Below are positions 18,501 to 26,937 of a stretch of DNA of 61,051 nucleotides, in pieces. A model generated the notes under the pieces. That model did not search any database and was not told the DNA's origin. It worked only from the letters and a program-made list of their open reading frames with translations. Numbering within the stretch: position 1 is the stretch's first letter; the number at the start of each line of letters is the position of its first letter. The position numbers and the translations under genes were made by a program. The stretch covers positions 1-61,051 of the forward strand of contig JAZQJQ010000009.1 of NCBI GenBank assembly GCA_045541735.1, given 5' to 3'. The DNA comes from Eubacteriales bacterium (lineage in GTDB: Bacteria > Bacillota > Clostridia > Oscillospirales > CAG-272).

Positions 18501-20398
18501 TTCTTTGAACCGGAAAATGCATAACCGAAAATATTGGTAACCGTTTCCGGTACGTAATAAGAAGATTCAACCTTGCCGGAAGGATAGCAGATCAAGGTGG
18601 TTTTGTCGTAATTGAAGAGAACACCGCCAACAACGGCAAAGCTCTTTGATTCAGAAGCAAGATCAAAGCTTTTCAAAGACACGGAACCGGCAAAAGCATT
18701 TGATTGAATCTCAATAACGGTAGCAGGAATATGTATCTTTTGAACTTTAACAAAATTATTAAAGGAATACGATATTATATTAGTTACACCTTCATCAATC
18801 ACAACTGAAGTGATCTCGGAGCTGTATTTTGACCACGGAACGGATTTTGAATCCTTCCATCCGCTCATTGCGCCGAAGCCTTCAATAACTAATTCGTTAT
18901 CATCGTAATATGTCCAACTTAAAGGCGAATCAGCTGAGCCAAATGTTCCGTAATCGATTCTCTTTCTTAATCTTTCAAACTTGAAATTATAGGTATTTGC
19001 AAACGTTTCTGCACTGGAATTCGTATAGCCAACGATAGTCAGAGCTGCGCAACCGTTAAAAGCGCTGGAGGAGATAACGGTAGTTTCGGAATAAAAATAT
19101 GCTTTTACAAGAGAAGAGCAGTTTCTAAATGCAAGACTATCTACCTTGCTTACATTTTCAGAGAGAACGACCTCGGAAAGCGAGGAGCAACCCGAAAACG
19201 TTGCATTGGGAATGAAGGTTATCTGCTCAGGAATGGATACCTTTTTCAAAGACGTGCAACCGTTGAACACACCGGTACCGAAGCTTTTCAGCGAAGATGG
19301 TAAGGTTATCTCGGCAATGCTTGAACAGTTTTTAAACGCGCTGTTATTCAAGGTTGTAAGATTTGCCGGCAGTTTAACGTTCGTGAGTTTAGTACAACCT
19401 GAGAAAGCTTGAGCTTGGATCCTCAACAATGATTGAGGCAAAACCACCTCAGTGATGGCATCGCAACCGGAAAACGCAGAATAGCCTATTTCAGTAACAC
19501 CTTCGGAGAGCGTTACCTTTTTCAAATTGGAACAATATATAAATGCGGAGTCCGCAATTGTTTCAACGGTTTCGGGAACCGTGTATTCAGCAGAAGTTCT
19601 GGCACAAGGATAAAGCAACAGAGTTTTACCGTCATATTCAAAAAGAACTCCGTCGATGTCGCAATACACTGTATTTTCCTTATCGACCTTTATTGATTCC
19701 AATGACGTACAACCTTCAAAAGAACTGCCGTAAACAGCAGAAACGTTCTTAGTGAGCGTGATCTCTTTCAAAGAAGTACAACCCGAAAAAGCACCGTAAT
19801 CTATTCGCCAAACCAAGTCATTTAGCACTACTGATTTCAGTGATGTGCAATTTCTGAATGCATTGGAGTTTACTTGCTGCACTTCGTTCGGAAAAGTAAA
19901 AGACTCATTTGTTCTGCCGATAGCATAGCAGTAAAGCGTACTCTTATCTGCGCTTAAAAGAGCACCGTCAACTACAACGAAATATGAGCTTTTTTCGCTT
20001 ACCTTGATCTCAGAAAGCGAGACGCACCCCTCTATTGCGTAATCTTCTATTGTATTAACAGTTGCAGGAATGCTGACAGATTGAAGATTTTCATATTCGT
20101 AGATAGCATTCATGCCGATAGAAGTAATCCCCTCGGATATTGTAATGCCCAAAATCTGTTCCTTGTAATTATACCAAGGATAATCAAAATAATTCTGTGT
20201 TTCCATTACACCGTTACCGGATATAACGAGCTGACCGTCTTCATAGAGAACCCAATTAAGGATGTTAGCGCTTCCAACGGTTCCGCTGGCAGTAATGCCG
20301 GAAACGGATTCTTCAGCCATAACAAACGGAGCTGCCGTCAAAACTAAAGCAACAACCGCAAACACAAGGATGATAAGTGTAAAAATGTTACGTTTCAT
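15578..20398 (-). CDS. Secreted BspA-type leucine-rich repeat (LRR_5) surface protein with four modules
   Basis: Signal peptide MKRNIF...MA; many xIPxxVTxIxxxAFxxCxxL repeats. ATG 20398 follows GGAGG. Confidence 0.9.
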   Translation of the reverse strand: MKRNIFTLIILVFAVVALVLTAAPFVMAEESVSGITASGTVGSANILNWVLYEDGQLVISGNGVMETQNYFDYPWYNYKEQILGITISEGITSIGMNAIYEYENLQSVSIPATVNTIEDYAIEGCVSLSEIKVSEKSSYFVVVDGALLSADKSTLYCYAIGRTNESFTFPNEVQQVNSNAFRNCTSLKSVVLNDLVWRIDYGAFSGCTSLKEITLTKNVSAVYGSSFEGCTSLESIKVDKENTVYCDIDGVLFEYDGKTLLLYPCARTSAEYTVPETVETIADSAFIYCSNLKKVTLSEGVTEIGYSAFSGCDAITEVVLPQSLLRIQAQAFSGCTKLTNVKLPANLTTLNNSAFKNCSSIAEITLPSSLKSFGTGVFNGCTSLKKVSIPEQITFIPNATFSGCSSLSEVVLSENVSKVDSLAFRNCSSLVKAYFYSETTVISSSAFNGCAALTIVGYTNSSAETFANTYNFKFERLRKRIDYGTFGSADSPLSWTYYDDNELVIEGFGAMSGWKDSKSVPWSKYSSEITSVVIDEGVTNIISYSFNNFVKVQKIHIPATVIEIQSNAFAGSVSLKSFDLASESKSFAVVGGVLFNYDKTTLICYPSGKVESSYYVPETVTNIFGYAFSGSKNLTAITISANVEIIGSFAFSSCNSLTDISVDDKNVIFSELDGVLFSDGGTVLVYYPLGKTITSYQVPNGVTNIAADAFNGCNNLSIISLPDSLINISDRAFYNNRALEQINIPDTVSYIGKYAFYNCNSLKTVNIPAKITAILTSTFRFCSSLEEIVIPSSVTEISNYAFFNCSNLRKITVISADTQLAFNSLTGCSADLVIVAPAGSIAESFAYENGFAFERLKVKVDSGTIDALSWTLYDNNELVIEGKAVIPDFEKASSAPWTKYSDMITILDINDGVTGIGANSFSGCAMLKEVYIPASVTSVSSKAFAGCSNLAYFKVVAANMSYVSDSGVLLTSDKTTLVAYPAGMADFEYQIPASVTTISSYAFSGCKHLKNVVIHENVSNIGDLSFSECTSLVNVTVVGADMDFGSDVFKNCNEDLVLSAKAHSTAIKHAKDNGIDCLVIIDMGTFGYETSPMYWTLYEDGLLEIEGCSDIYFDGKETPAEAPWAKYADQIFKVALGDKVIGIGINAFTGLTNIEDFNIPSGVMWVEGSAFNGCDNLIAFSVDALNAHLVAENGVLFNIYKDLLICYPAAKADSSYTIPESVINISKYAFNNCDSLSEATLPKSINYIPNGAFHNCVNLKKIVIYSQTVILEEGAFDNVSDAFKIYGYPNPVADFAIKSGFEFVPLQVKFRSASLSLYNDLAINFKVAESSVLVPGYYDPYVVCKVNGVVTKIIDFNTEFANDDIVYTFTFRHIAPDRLGETVVATLYGYYNDEVYELGKIEYSVAKYCYNMLSKDSASDNLKTLLVDLLNYGAAAQMYSGRNSNDLVNAALSDEQRAFGTSDMRALSSVTSSKPQGADASWKSASLALKHNIAVEFKFVINSEIDINNLTAVITVNGKETRISGEKIPYIGDRYVVSFGSFSVAQLSDEITAVLVDSDDNIVSNIITYSVESYAASKQNDPDGLGDLVKAMMKYGDSAKRYISKN

Positions 20399-20502
20399 AA
20401 GTTCCTCCAAACCAAAGTTGTTATTTTTAATTATAGAGCATTTAAAGATATTTTTCAATCCTTTTCCCTAAAGATTATTATTGATCCATATATAGATTAA
20501 AC

Positions 20503-20541
20503 TATGTGGCAGCAAAGATCTTGAATCTTGGCTGCCACATA
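20503..20541 (-). terminator. Hairpin terminator after cotJC
   Basis: TATGTGGCAGC...GCTGCCACATA inverted repeat. Confidence 0.7.
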
Positions 20542-20552
20542 TCTGTTAAATA

Positions 20553-21161
20553 CTATTTACAGTTAGGTCTGTCGAAAGAAGGATTTACTGCGTAAAAATT
20601 TTTACAATCCATTCTATCCTGCGCTATGCGCATTGCATCGCCGAAGCGTTGAAAATGCACTATCTCCCTTGCCCTTAGGAATTTTATTGGGTCGCGTACA
20701 TCGGGGTCATCGACCATTCTTAGGATATTATCGTAAGTCACTCTTGCTTTTTGCTCTGCTGCAAGGTCCTCATGAATATCTGCCAATACGTCGCCCTTTA
20801 CCTGCATTGCCGCTGCTGTATAAGGCACGCCGCTCGCTGCCTGAGGATATACGCCGGTTGTATGATCAACAAAATAGGTGTCAAATCCCGATTTCTTAAT
20901 TTCTTCAATTGAAAGATTTCTTGTTAACTGGTAGATTATCGCACTTACCATTTCTAAATGTCCGAGTTCTTCAACAGCTACGTCGGTAAGGATTCCGATA
21001 ACTTCATTATAAGGCATAGAATATCGTTGCTGCATATATCTCAGCGACGCTCCCAGCTCTCCGTCCGGTCCTCCGATCTGTGAGATAATGAACTTTGCAA
21101 GCGCCGGATTAGGGTTTTTGATCTTTACCGGATATTGAAGTTTTTTCTCATAAAGAAACAT
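20553..21161 (-). CDS. cotJC: Manganese catalase family spore coat protein CotJC
   Basis: YEKKLQYPV, GGPDGE, EELGHLE and REIVHFQRF motifs. Confidence 0.92.
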   Translation of the reverse strand: MFLYEKKLQYPVKIKNPNPALAKFIISQIGGPDGELGASLRYMQQRYSMPYNEVIGILTDVAVEELGHLEMVSAIIYQLTRNLSIEEIKKSGFDTYFVDHTTGVYPQAASGVPYTAAAMQVKGDVLADIHEDLAAEQKARVTYDNILRMVDDPDVRDPIKFLRAREIVHFQRFGDAMRIAQDRMDCKNFYAVNPSFDRPNCK

Positions 21162-21409
21162 TAATTTGCCTCACTTTCCCAAGGCCAAGGTCCCTTGGTC
21201 CATTGCCAGCTGTCGCCCTCATTTCCGAAAGCTGTAAGTGCACCGTATTTAGACTCATATTCCAGAGTAAGCCTTTCAGCCTCTTCCCTGAGCTTATAAA
21301 AATTTGCAAGTGCTGTCTTATCTTCGGGATATGCATCAAGATAAAGAACAGTCTCCCAAAGTGCAAAATCTGCGGCTTTTAATCTCTCCTTAACACCCAT
21401 TTTATCCAA
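21161..21409 (-). CDS. cotJB: Spore coat protein CotJB
   Basis: LYLDAYPED, YGALT and WQWTKGPWPWE motifs. Confidence 0.92.
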   Translation of the reverse strand: MDKMGVKERLKAADFALWETVLYLDAYPEDKTALANFYKLREEAERLTLEYESKYGALTAFGNEGDSWQWTKGPWPWESEAN

Positions 21410-21713
21410 TGCAAATACCTCCCTTCAGAGGCTTGTAAAGCTCCTTAAAAAGAGTACCGTTACAAAGCGCACTCATACTGTCAAAAAGCTCCTTATACTC
21501 CTGATGAGGCGAATATACGGAAGCAAGTGCCGCATTTCCGGAGCAAGATGCAGGAATCATCGTATCGCATTTTGATCCATTATCATATCTTCTTGTTCCG
21601 TCGCAACGGTATAAATTCATATCATTTCTTGCAGAGCTTTCCCAATTCCTTCCCCTCTGAACACTCATTCTTTCACGGGGAGTTGAATAATCATCATTAG
21701 AAAATTTCAGCAT
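21402..21713 (-). CDS. cotJA: Spore coat-associated protein CotJA
   Basis: LASVYSPHQ...ALCNGTLFKELYKP. ATG 21713 follows AAAGGAG. Confidence 0.85.
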   Translation of the reverse strand: MLKFSNDDYSTPRERMSVQRGRNWESSARNDMNLYRCDGTRRYDNGSKCDTMIPASCSGNAALASVYSPHQEYKELFDSMSALCNGTLFKELYKPLKGGICIG

Positions 21714-21749
21714 AACTTCTCCTTTGGCGGTCCTTTGATCGCCTAACAA

Positions 21750-21778
21750 CATCTTATGCAAAAATATAGACGGTGTGC
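21750..21778 (-). promoter_or_regulatory. Putative mother-cell (sigma-K/E-type) promoter of cotJABC
   Basis: GCAC-16-CATAAGATG fits AC-N16-CATAnnnT. Confidence 0.4.
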
Positions 21779-21780
21779 CT

Positions 21781-21809
21781 GCATAAAAACCGATCGTTAG
21801 GTGAAAATA
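21781..21809 (+). promoter_or_regulatory. Putative forespore (sigma-F/G-type) promoter of the SLH gene
   Basis: GCATA-14-GGTGAAAATA. Confidence 0.5.
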
Positions 21810-21838
21810 GAAATACAATTCCATCACAGGAGATAATT

Positions 21839-23104
21839 ATGAAAAAGAAAACAGCGCTACTACTTTTAGCGGCAATGATATTTTCCGCTATTCCGGTAAC
21901 CGTTAATGCCGCCCTATCACCCGCCATCGACGTGTTGGCCGAAACAAGTCAAGCGGTAAAAGCAGGACTGTATAATTGTGACGTTATATTTACCAAAGCA
22001 GATTTCTTACAGAATCTCGGTCTCTCAAAGATCGGAAGTGTGACATTTACCGACGTTCCGCCGGCAGAGGACGGTTATCTTTATATCGGTAATACCGTAA
22101 TTAAGGAAGGTACAAAGGTAAGCGAGGATATGCTTGATATGCTTCGCTTCCGCTCAGCTTCGATAGAAATCGATGCCTCTTCATTCAGCTACACAATCAA
22201 CGAAAAATACGGTACCGCCGAGCACTGCTTCAACATTGTTTTTCTAGATGAAATTAATGCGGCGCCGGTAGCCGCAATTCCCGAATCTGCACCGTCCTTT
22301 GAGACGTATAAAAACGTTCCTCTATATTCAAAACTTTCCGCAAGAGATCCGGAAAACGATGAAATTAATTTCAAGATAATTAAACAGCCTAAGAAGGGTT
22401 CGGTAGAACTGATCTCCGAGAATTTCGGTGACTTTAAATACACTCCCAAGAAAAACCATACCGGCAACGATAGCTTCAGCTACGTTGTATACGATAAATA
22501 CGGTAATTTCAGTTCGATCGAAAAGGTGAACGTTAAGACCTTAAAAAACAAGAGCAAAACGGTATTTTCCGACGTATCTGAGACAAAGTACGAATATCCG
22601 GCGATTGCAATCGTTTCAAAAGGATTGATGCAGGGAACAAAAATAGGAAATACAAACTACTTTGAACCAAACGGTAAAGTGACCAGAGCCGAAATGCTCT
22701 CGTATGTCATGGAAGCTGCAGGCATTAAGCCAACCGAAACCACAAACAGTAAATTCACAGATGCTGCTACAGTTCCCGCAAAATATGCTGCGTATGTTTC
22801 TACTGCCGCCGAGCTTGGAATAATCAACGGAAGTATAGAAAACGGAGTACTGGTTTTCCGTCCAAACGATCCCGTAACAAGAGCAGAAGCTGCAATCATG
22901 GCAACGGCTGTAATAAAAACAGAAGATGAAGCAGTTCAAACCTTTATTGATCAAGATTCCTGCCCTGTTTGGTGTGAATCAGCAATAAAAACTGCGGCAG
23001 CATACGGTCTTTTGTCCTTTGAAAGCGGCAAGATATATCATTCGGACGTTATGACACGCGGAGAAGCGGCGGTTCTCCTAAATGCAATAACTAAAATGAA
23101 ATAA
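21839..23104 (+). CDS. Secreted protein with cadherin/Ig-like (Big_9-type) domain and C-terminal SLH domains
   Basis: Signal peptide; ARDPEND...FKYTP...GNDSFSY; FSDV...VTRAE, FRPNDPVTRAEAA and MTRGEAA. ATG 21839. Confidence 0.85.
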   Translation: MKKKTALLLLAAMIFSAIPVTVNAALSPAIDVLAETSQAVKAGLYNCDVIFTKADFLQNLGLSKIGSVTFTDVPPAEDGYLYIGNTVIKEGTKVSEDMLDMLRFRSASIEIDASSFSYTINEKYGTAEHCFNIVFLDEINAAPVAAIPESAPSFETYKNVPLYSKLSARDPENDEINFKIIKQPKKGSVELISENFGDFKYTPKKNHTGNDSFSYVVYDKYGNFSSIEKVNVKTLKNKSKTVFSDVSETKYEYPAIAIVSKGLMQGTKIGNTNYFEPNGKVTRAEMLSYVMEAAGIKPTETTNSKFTDAATVPAKYAAYVSTAAELGIINGSIENGVLVFRPNDPVTRAEAAIMATAVIKTEDEAVQTFIDQDSCPVWCESAIKTAAAYGLLSFESGKIYHSDVMTRGEAAVLLNAITKMK

Positions 23105-23117
23105 TTTGGCAAAACAA

Positions 23118-23164
23118 GAATACACCTCCGTTTTTGGGAAATAATTATCAAAAACGGAGGTGTA
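23118..23164 (+). promoter_or_regulatory. Forespore-type promoter inside a perfect 16-bp inverted repeat that sequesters the eno RBS
   Basis: GAATA-14-GGAAATAATT; arms TACACCTCCGTTTTTG (23121-23136) and CAAAAACGGAGGTGTA (23149-23164). Confidence 0.6.
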
Positions 23165-23168
23165 CTTT

Positions 23169-24407
23169 ATGTTTCATAAGATCGAAAGAATAAGAGCAAG
23201 GCAGGTACTCGATTCACGAGGGACCCCAACTGTACAAGCCGAGGTGTGGTGTGGCAATCATTGCGGAACTGCAATTGCTCCGAGCGGTGCTTCAACAGGA
23301 AAATTTGAAGCTCATGAACTAAGAGACGGCAACTCTGAGCAATACAACGGAAAAGGTGTTGAGAAAGCGGTAAATTATATCAATACCGAGATTCGTGACC
23401 GACTCTCATTCAGAAACGTGACAAATCAAAAGGAAATAGACCGTCTTCTTTGCGAAAGCGACGGAACGGAAAACAAATCGCGTTACGGCGCTAATGCCAT
23501 ACTTGCAGTATCTCTTGCTGCAGCAAAATGCGGATCAAAGGTCTGCGGTCTTCCCTTCTACCGATATATTGGCGGATGCGGTGCAAACGAGATGCCGGTT
23601 CCAATGCTCAATGTAATAAACGGAGGAAAACACTCTGACAACGGACTTGACATTCAGGAATTTATGATAATTCCTAAGAAAGACGAATTTTCTCGCATGC
23701 TTGAGCGTTCTGTTAAAGTATATAGTTGCCTCAAGGCTTTGCTTTCAGAAGGCGGACACTCCACCGCACTCGGCGATGAAGGCGGTTTTGCCCCGAGATT
23801 GCAATCAAACGAGGAAGCTATCGAGATGCTGATAAAAGCAATAGAGAAAAGCGGATTTATTCCGGGGGATGATTTCAGTATAGGACTTGACGTTGCATCT
23901 ACCGAATTCTATAACGAAGCTAATGACGGCGGATATCTTATGCCTAAGGCGAAAAAACAATATTCTGCCGATGAACTTGCTGAATACTATCTTGAGCTTA
24001 TTAATAAATACCCGATAAAGTCGATAGAAGACCCATTTGCCGAAGAAGACTGGAACAGCTGGAAAGCTTTTACGGATAAAACTGACACTATCATAGTCGG
24101 CGATGATCTTTTCGTAACTAATAGAAGTCGTCTCGAAAACGGCATCGATATTAACGCCGCGAATGCTATTTTGATCAAACCTAACCAGATAGGAACCCTC
24201 AGCGAGACACTTGAATGCATTGAAACAGCAAAAAAAGCTGGGTACAAGGTGATCGTCAGCCACCGCAGCGGTGAAACGGAAGATGCATCGATCTCAGATA
24301 TTTCCGTTGCAGTAGCAGCCGATATGATAAAAAGCGGTGCGCCCGCACGTGGCGAACGCACTGCAAAATACAACAGACTGCTCAGCATATACGAGGATAT
24401 GCAGTAA
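23169..24407 (+). CDS. eno: Enolase (phosphopyruvate hydratase) with short C-terminus
   Basis: PSGASTG, NGGKH, IQEFM, GDEGGF, SIEDP, VGDDLF, IKPNQIG and SHRSGET motifs. ATG 23169 follows GGAGGTG. Confidence 0.93.
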   Translation: MFHKIERIRARQVLDSRGTPTVQAEVWCGNHCGTAIAPSGASTGKFEAHELRDGNSEQYNGKGVEKAVNYINTEIRDRLSFRNVTNQKEIDRLLCESDGTENKSRYGANAILAVSLAAAKCGSKVCGLPFYRYIGGCGANEMPVPMLNVINGGKHSDNGLDIQEFMIIPKKDEFSRMLERSVKVYSCLKALLSEGGHSTALGDEGGFAPRLQSNEEAIEMLIKAIEKSGFIPGDDFSIGLDVASTEFYNEANDGGYLMPKAKKQYSADELAEYYLELINKYPIKSIEDPFAEEDWNSWKAFTDKTDTIIVGDDLFVTNRSRLENGIDINAANAILIKPNQIGTLSETLECIETAKKAGYKVIVSHRSGETEDASISDISVAVAADMIKSGAPARGERTAKYNRLLSIYEDMQ

Positions 24408-24426
24408 TCCCCTTCGGGGTTACATA

Positions 24427-25302
24427 TTAATTCGGTTTTAATCCGAAAAGTTTTTGATAAGCTCCGGGAGACATACCGGTTATCTGCTTGAATGCTTTTG
24501 AAAAATGTTGTGTGCTGCTGTAACGTAAAGCTGATGATGTTTCATAGATGCTCATACGCTTTTCTGTGAGCATCGTTTTTGATATCTCAATTTTTCTGTT
24601 GATCAAATATCTGTTCGGTGGAATTCCGTACATTTGTTTAAAAGAATGTATCAAATAATTCTTATTTAAACCGAGAGCTACGGAAATGTCATCAAGACTT
24701 ACGTTGGGAAGAGAAAGTCCGTCAATATAGTTCTTTACGCGTTCTGCCGCAGTGTGCTGTTTTTTATTATGATCGTTTTGATGGGATTGTGTATTGACCG
24801 CAAGCAAAAGCTTTAATACTATCGAAGCCATACGGTTATACGATTCTTCGGTGTTCTTTTCATTAATGCCGCTGAATACTCCGTGAATTTCCTTAATTAG
24901 GGCTTCACCTGTATATTTTACAATGTACACATTTTTATCCAAACCAAGACCGTCTACAATACCTTCACTGAGCGGTCCTGTGAAGTTCACCCAAACCTTT
25001 TCGTAGGGATCCAGAGGATCCGAATAATAGGTAATATTCCTTTTTGCGTGCATAAAAACAAGATCCCCGGCCTCAACTGATCTCACTTCACCATCTGTCT
25101 CGATAAAACCTTTTCCACGTCTAATGTACTCCAAAACATATATGCCGCCCCAAAAGATGCCTGAGCGTTCTGTTCTGAAAATACAATACTGTGGATTTGG
25201 GTATGTAGTGCCGCCCATAACAACGTATAAACCGTTAGTCGACATCTCGGGATTCTTAGCAAGAAACGCGATCTTCTGATTACCTTCATTCTTAACTCGC
25301 AC
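24427..25302 (-). CDS. AraC family transcriptional regulator
   Basis: N-terminal cupin-like region; C-terminal HTH with HSFKQMYGIPP and FSKAFKQITGMSP. Confidence 0.92.
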   Translation of the reverse strand: MRVKNEGNQKIAFLAKNPEMSTNGLYVVMGGTTYPNPQYCIFRTERSGIFWGGIYVLEYIRRGKGFIETDGEVRSVEAGDLVFMHAKRNITYYSDPLDPYEKVWVNFTGPLSEGIVDGLGLDKNVYIVKYTGEALIKEIHGVFSGINEKNTEESYNRMASIVLKLLLAVNTQSHQNDHNKKQHTAAERVKNYIDGLSLPNVSLDDISVALGLNKNYLIHSFKQMYGIPPNRYLINRKIEISKTMLTEKRMSIYETSSALRYSSTQHFSKAFKQITGMSPGAYQKLFGLKPN

Positions 25303-25394
25303 GATATCACCTCGCTTAATGGAATAATATCACATAATTACACGATTGTAAATGGAAATATACAATTTTGTATACAAATATCAAGATTTGACTC

Positions 25395-25423
25395 TTTACA
25401 TTTTTGCCATATACGGATATAAT
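25395..25423 (+). promoter_or_regulatory. sigma-A promoter of the SBP-GH43 operon
   Basis: TTTACA-17-TATAAT. Confidence 0.6.
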
Positions 25424-25452
25424 CGAAATATAAAGTCAATAGGAGGCATATC

Positions 25453-26937
25453 ATGCTTAAACGAATCTCAGCTCTCTTGCTTGCAGTTTTTATGTTGCTG
25501 TGTGCGATCTCTTGCGGAACGGGCGGAGGCAACACGACCGATCCTTCCGTTACCGATGATCCGCAGAACGTAACTGATCCCGTTACAGAACCTGCAGAAT
25601 CCGGTGTATATGATACGCTGAAAAACGATATTTTTCTTGATGATTATGAGCTAAACGTACATCTATCCGGCAACTCCAAACACACACCCGACGATTTTAC
25701 CGTAGCAGAAAGCGGTTCCGTTATGGATGAAGCCATCTTCGAGAAAAACGCTCTGATGGCAGAAAAATACGGTGTTCTGTTTTCCGCGGTCAATTCATTT
25801 GGCTCCGCTTCAACTGCCGAGTCGATGATGCGCCGTTCGGATACCGCAGGCGATAACGAATTCCAGCTTTGCATTCTCTCGGGTTACTCTTGCTCTGCCC
25901 TTGCGATCGAGGGGATCCTTTATGATATGAAGGAGCTTCCTAATGTCGATCTTACGCACTCCTGGTGGGATCAAACTGCAATGCGCGACCTAAGTATTGC
26001 CAATTCGATGTTCTTCACCACAGGCGCTCTTTCTACCGCCATCGACGATTTTACCTTCTGTGTTCTCTTCAACAAAGAGCTATTTAAAGAGAAAGTTAGC
26101 GACGGCACTAATCTTTATACTCTTGCAAACGAAGGAAAGTGGACTCTCGACGAGCTTATCCGAATCTCTTCCCTCGTCAGCGAAGACCTCAACGGTGATG
26201 ACGTTATGGACAGCCGTGACCGTTACGGTGCCATCATTTGGGATGACGAGCTCCTTGCGACAATTAAGGCAGGCGGAGGAAAAATAGCAAAGGTTAACGA
26301 CGACGGCCTTATCGAGCTGACGATGTATAACGAGCGCAACGACAGCATAGTAAATAAATTTGTTAACTTCGGAAACTCTAAATACGCAATAAACTTCCAG
26401 CATATGTCCGGCGGCGTAAACTGGTTTGATATGTTTATTCAAAATCAATCTATCTTTATGATGACAATGTTTAACGAATGCCACAGATTCCGTAATATGG
26501 AAACCGATTACGGTATCGTTCCTCAACCCAGATTCACCGAGGATCAGGAATGGTACTCTCCTATCGCTCCCTGGCACAGTGCATTCATATGTGTTCCGGC
26601 TGTTTGTAATGACATCGATACAGTCGGAGCGATCATTGAACTTCTCGGTTATCATTCCGAACAGATACTTACACCCGCTTATTATGACAAGACCCTTAAC
26701 GGCACGTACATAAGAGACAGCGAAAGTAAGGAAATGCTCGATATAATTTTTGACAACCGTATTTATGACGTAGGACATCTCTACAAGATCTCCGGTTTTC
26801 AAGAAAGTATAACCAATCTTCTTCGCAATAATAACCCCACCGGTCTGTCTAAGCTTTATTCTTCTTACCAGCGCCCGAGCAGCGTATTCATCAATAATAT
26901 TAATAAGAGCATCGAAGCTCTCAAGGCAAACGACTGA
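25453..26937 (+). CDS. Extracellular solute-binding lipoprotein (carbohydrate ABC type)
   Basis: Lipobox AISC; T/D/P linker; VLFNKEL, GKWTLDEL and YGIVPQP motifs. Confidence 0.82.
   Translation: MLKRISALLLAVFMLLCAISCGTGGGNTTDPSVTDDPQNVTDPVTEPAESGVYDTLKNDIFLDDYELNVHLSGNSKHTPDDFTVAESGSVMDEAIFEKNALMAEKYGVLFSAVNSFGSASTAESMMRRSDTAGDNEFQLCILSGYSCSALAIEGILYDMKELPNVDLTHSWWDQTAMRDLSIANSMFFTTGALSTAIDDFTFCVLFNKELFKEKVSDGTNLYTLANEGKWTLDELIRISSLVSEDLNGDDVMDSRDRYGAIIWDDELLATIKAGGGKIAKVNDDGLIELTMYNERNDSIVNKFVNFGNSKYAINFQHMSGGVNWFDMFIQNQSIFMMTMFNECHRFRNMETDYGIVPQPRFTEDQEWYSPIAPWHSAFICVPAVCNDIDTVGAIIELLGYHSEQILTPAYYDKTLNGTYIRDSESKEMLDIIFDNRIYDVGHLYKISGFQESITNLLRNNNPTGLSKLYSSYQRPSSVFINNINKSIEALKAND

Noticed and set aside
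15578-20398. LRR repeats as a DGR target, tandem DNA repeat or CRISPR-like array
   Set aside because: The repeats are visible only at protein level. I saw no near-identical DNA copies, reverse transcriptase or cas genes.
24404-24422. Small C(UUCG)G hairpin between eno and araC
   Set aside because: Short stem and no U-tract; too weak to call a terminator.
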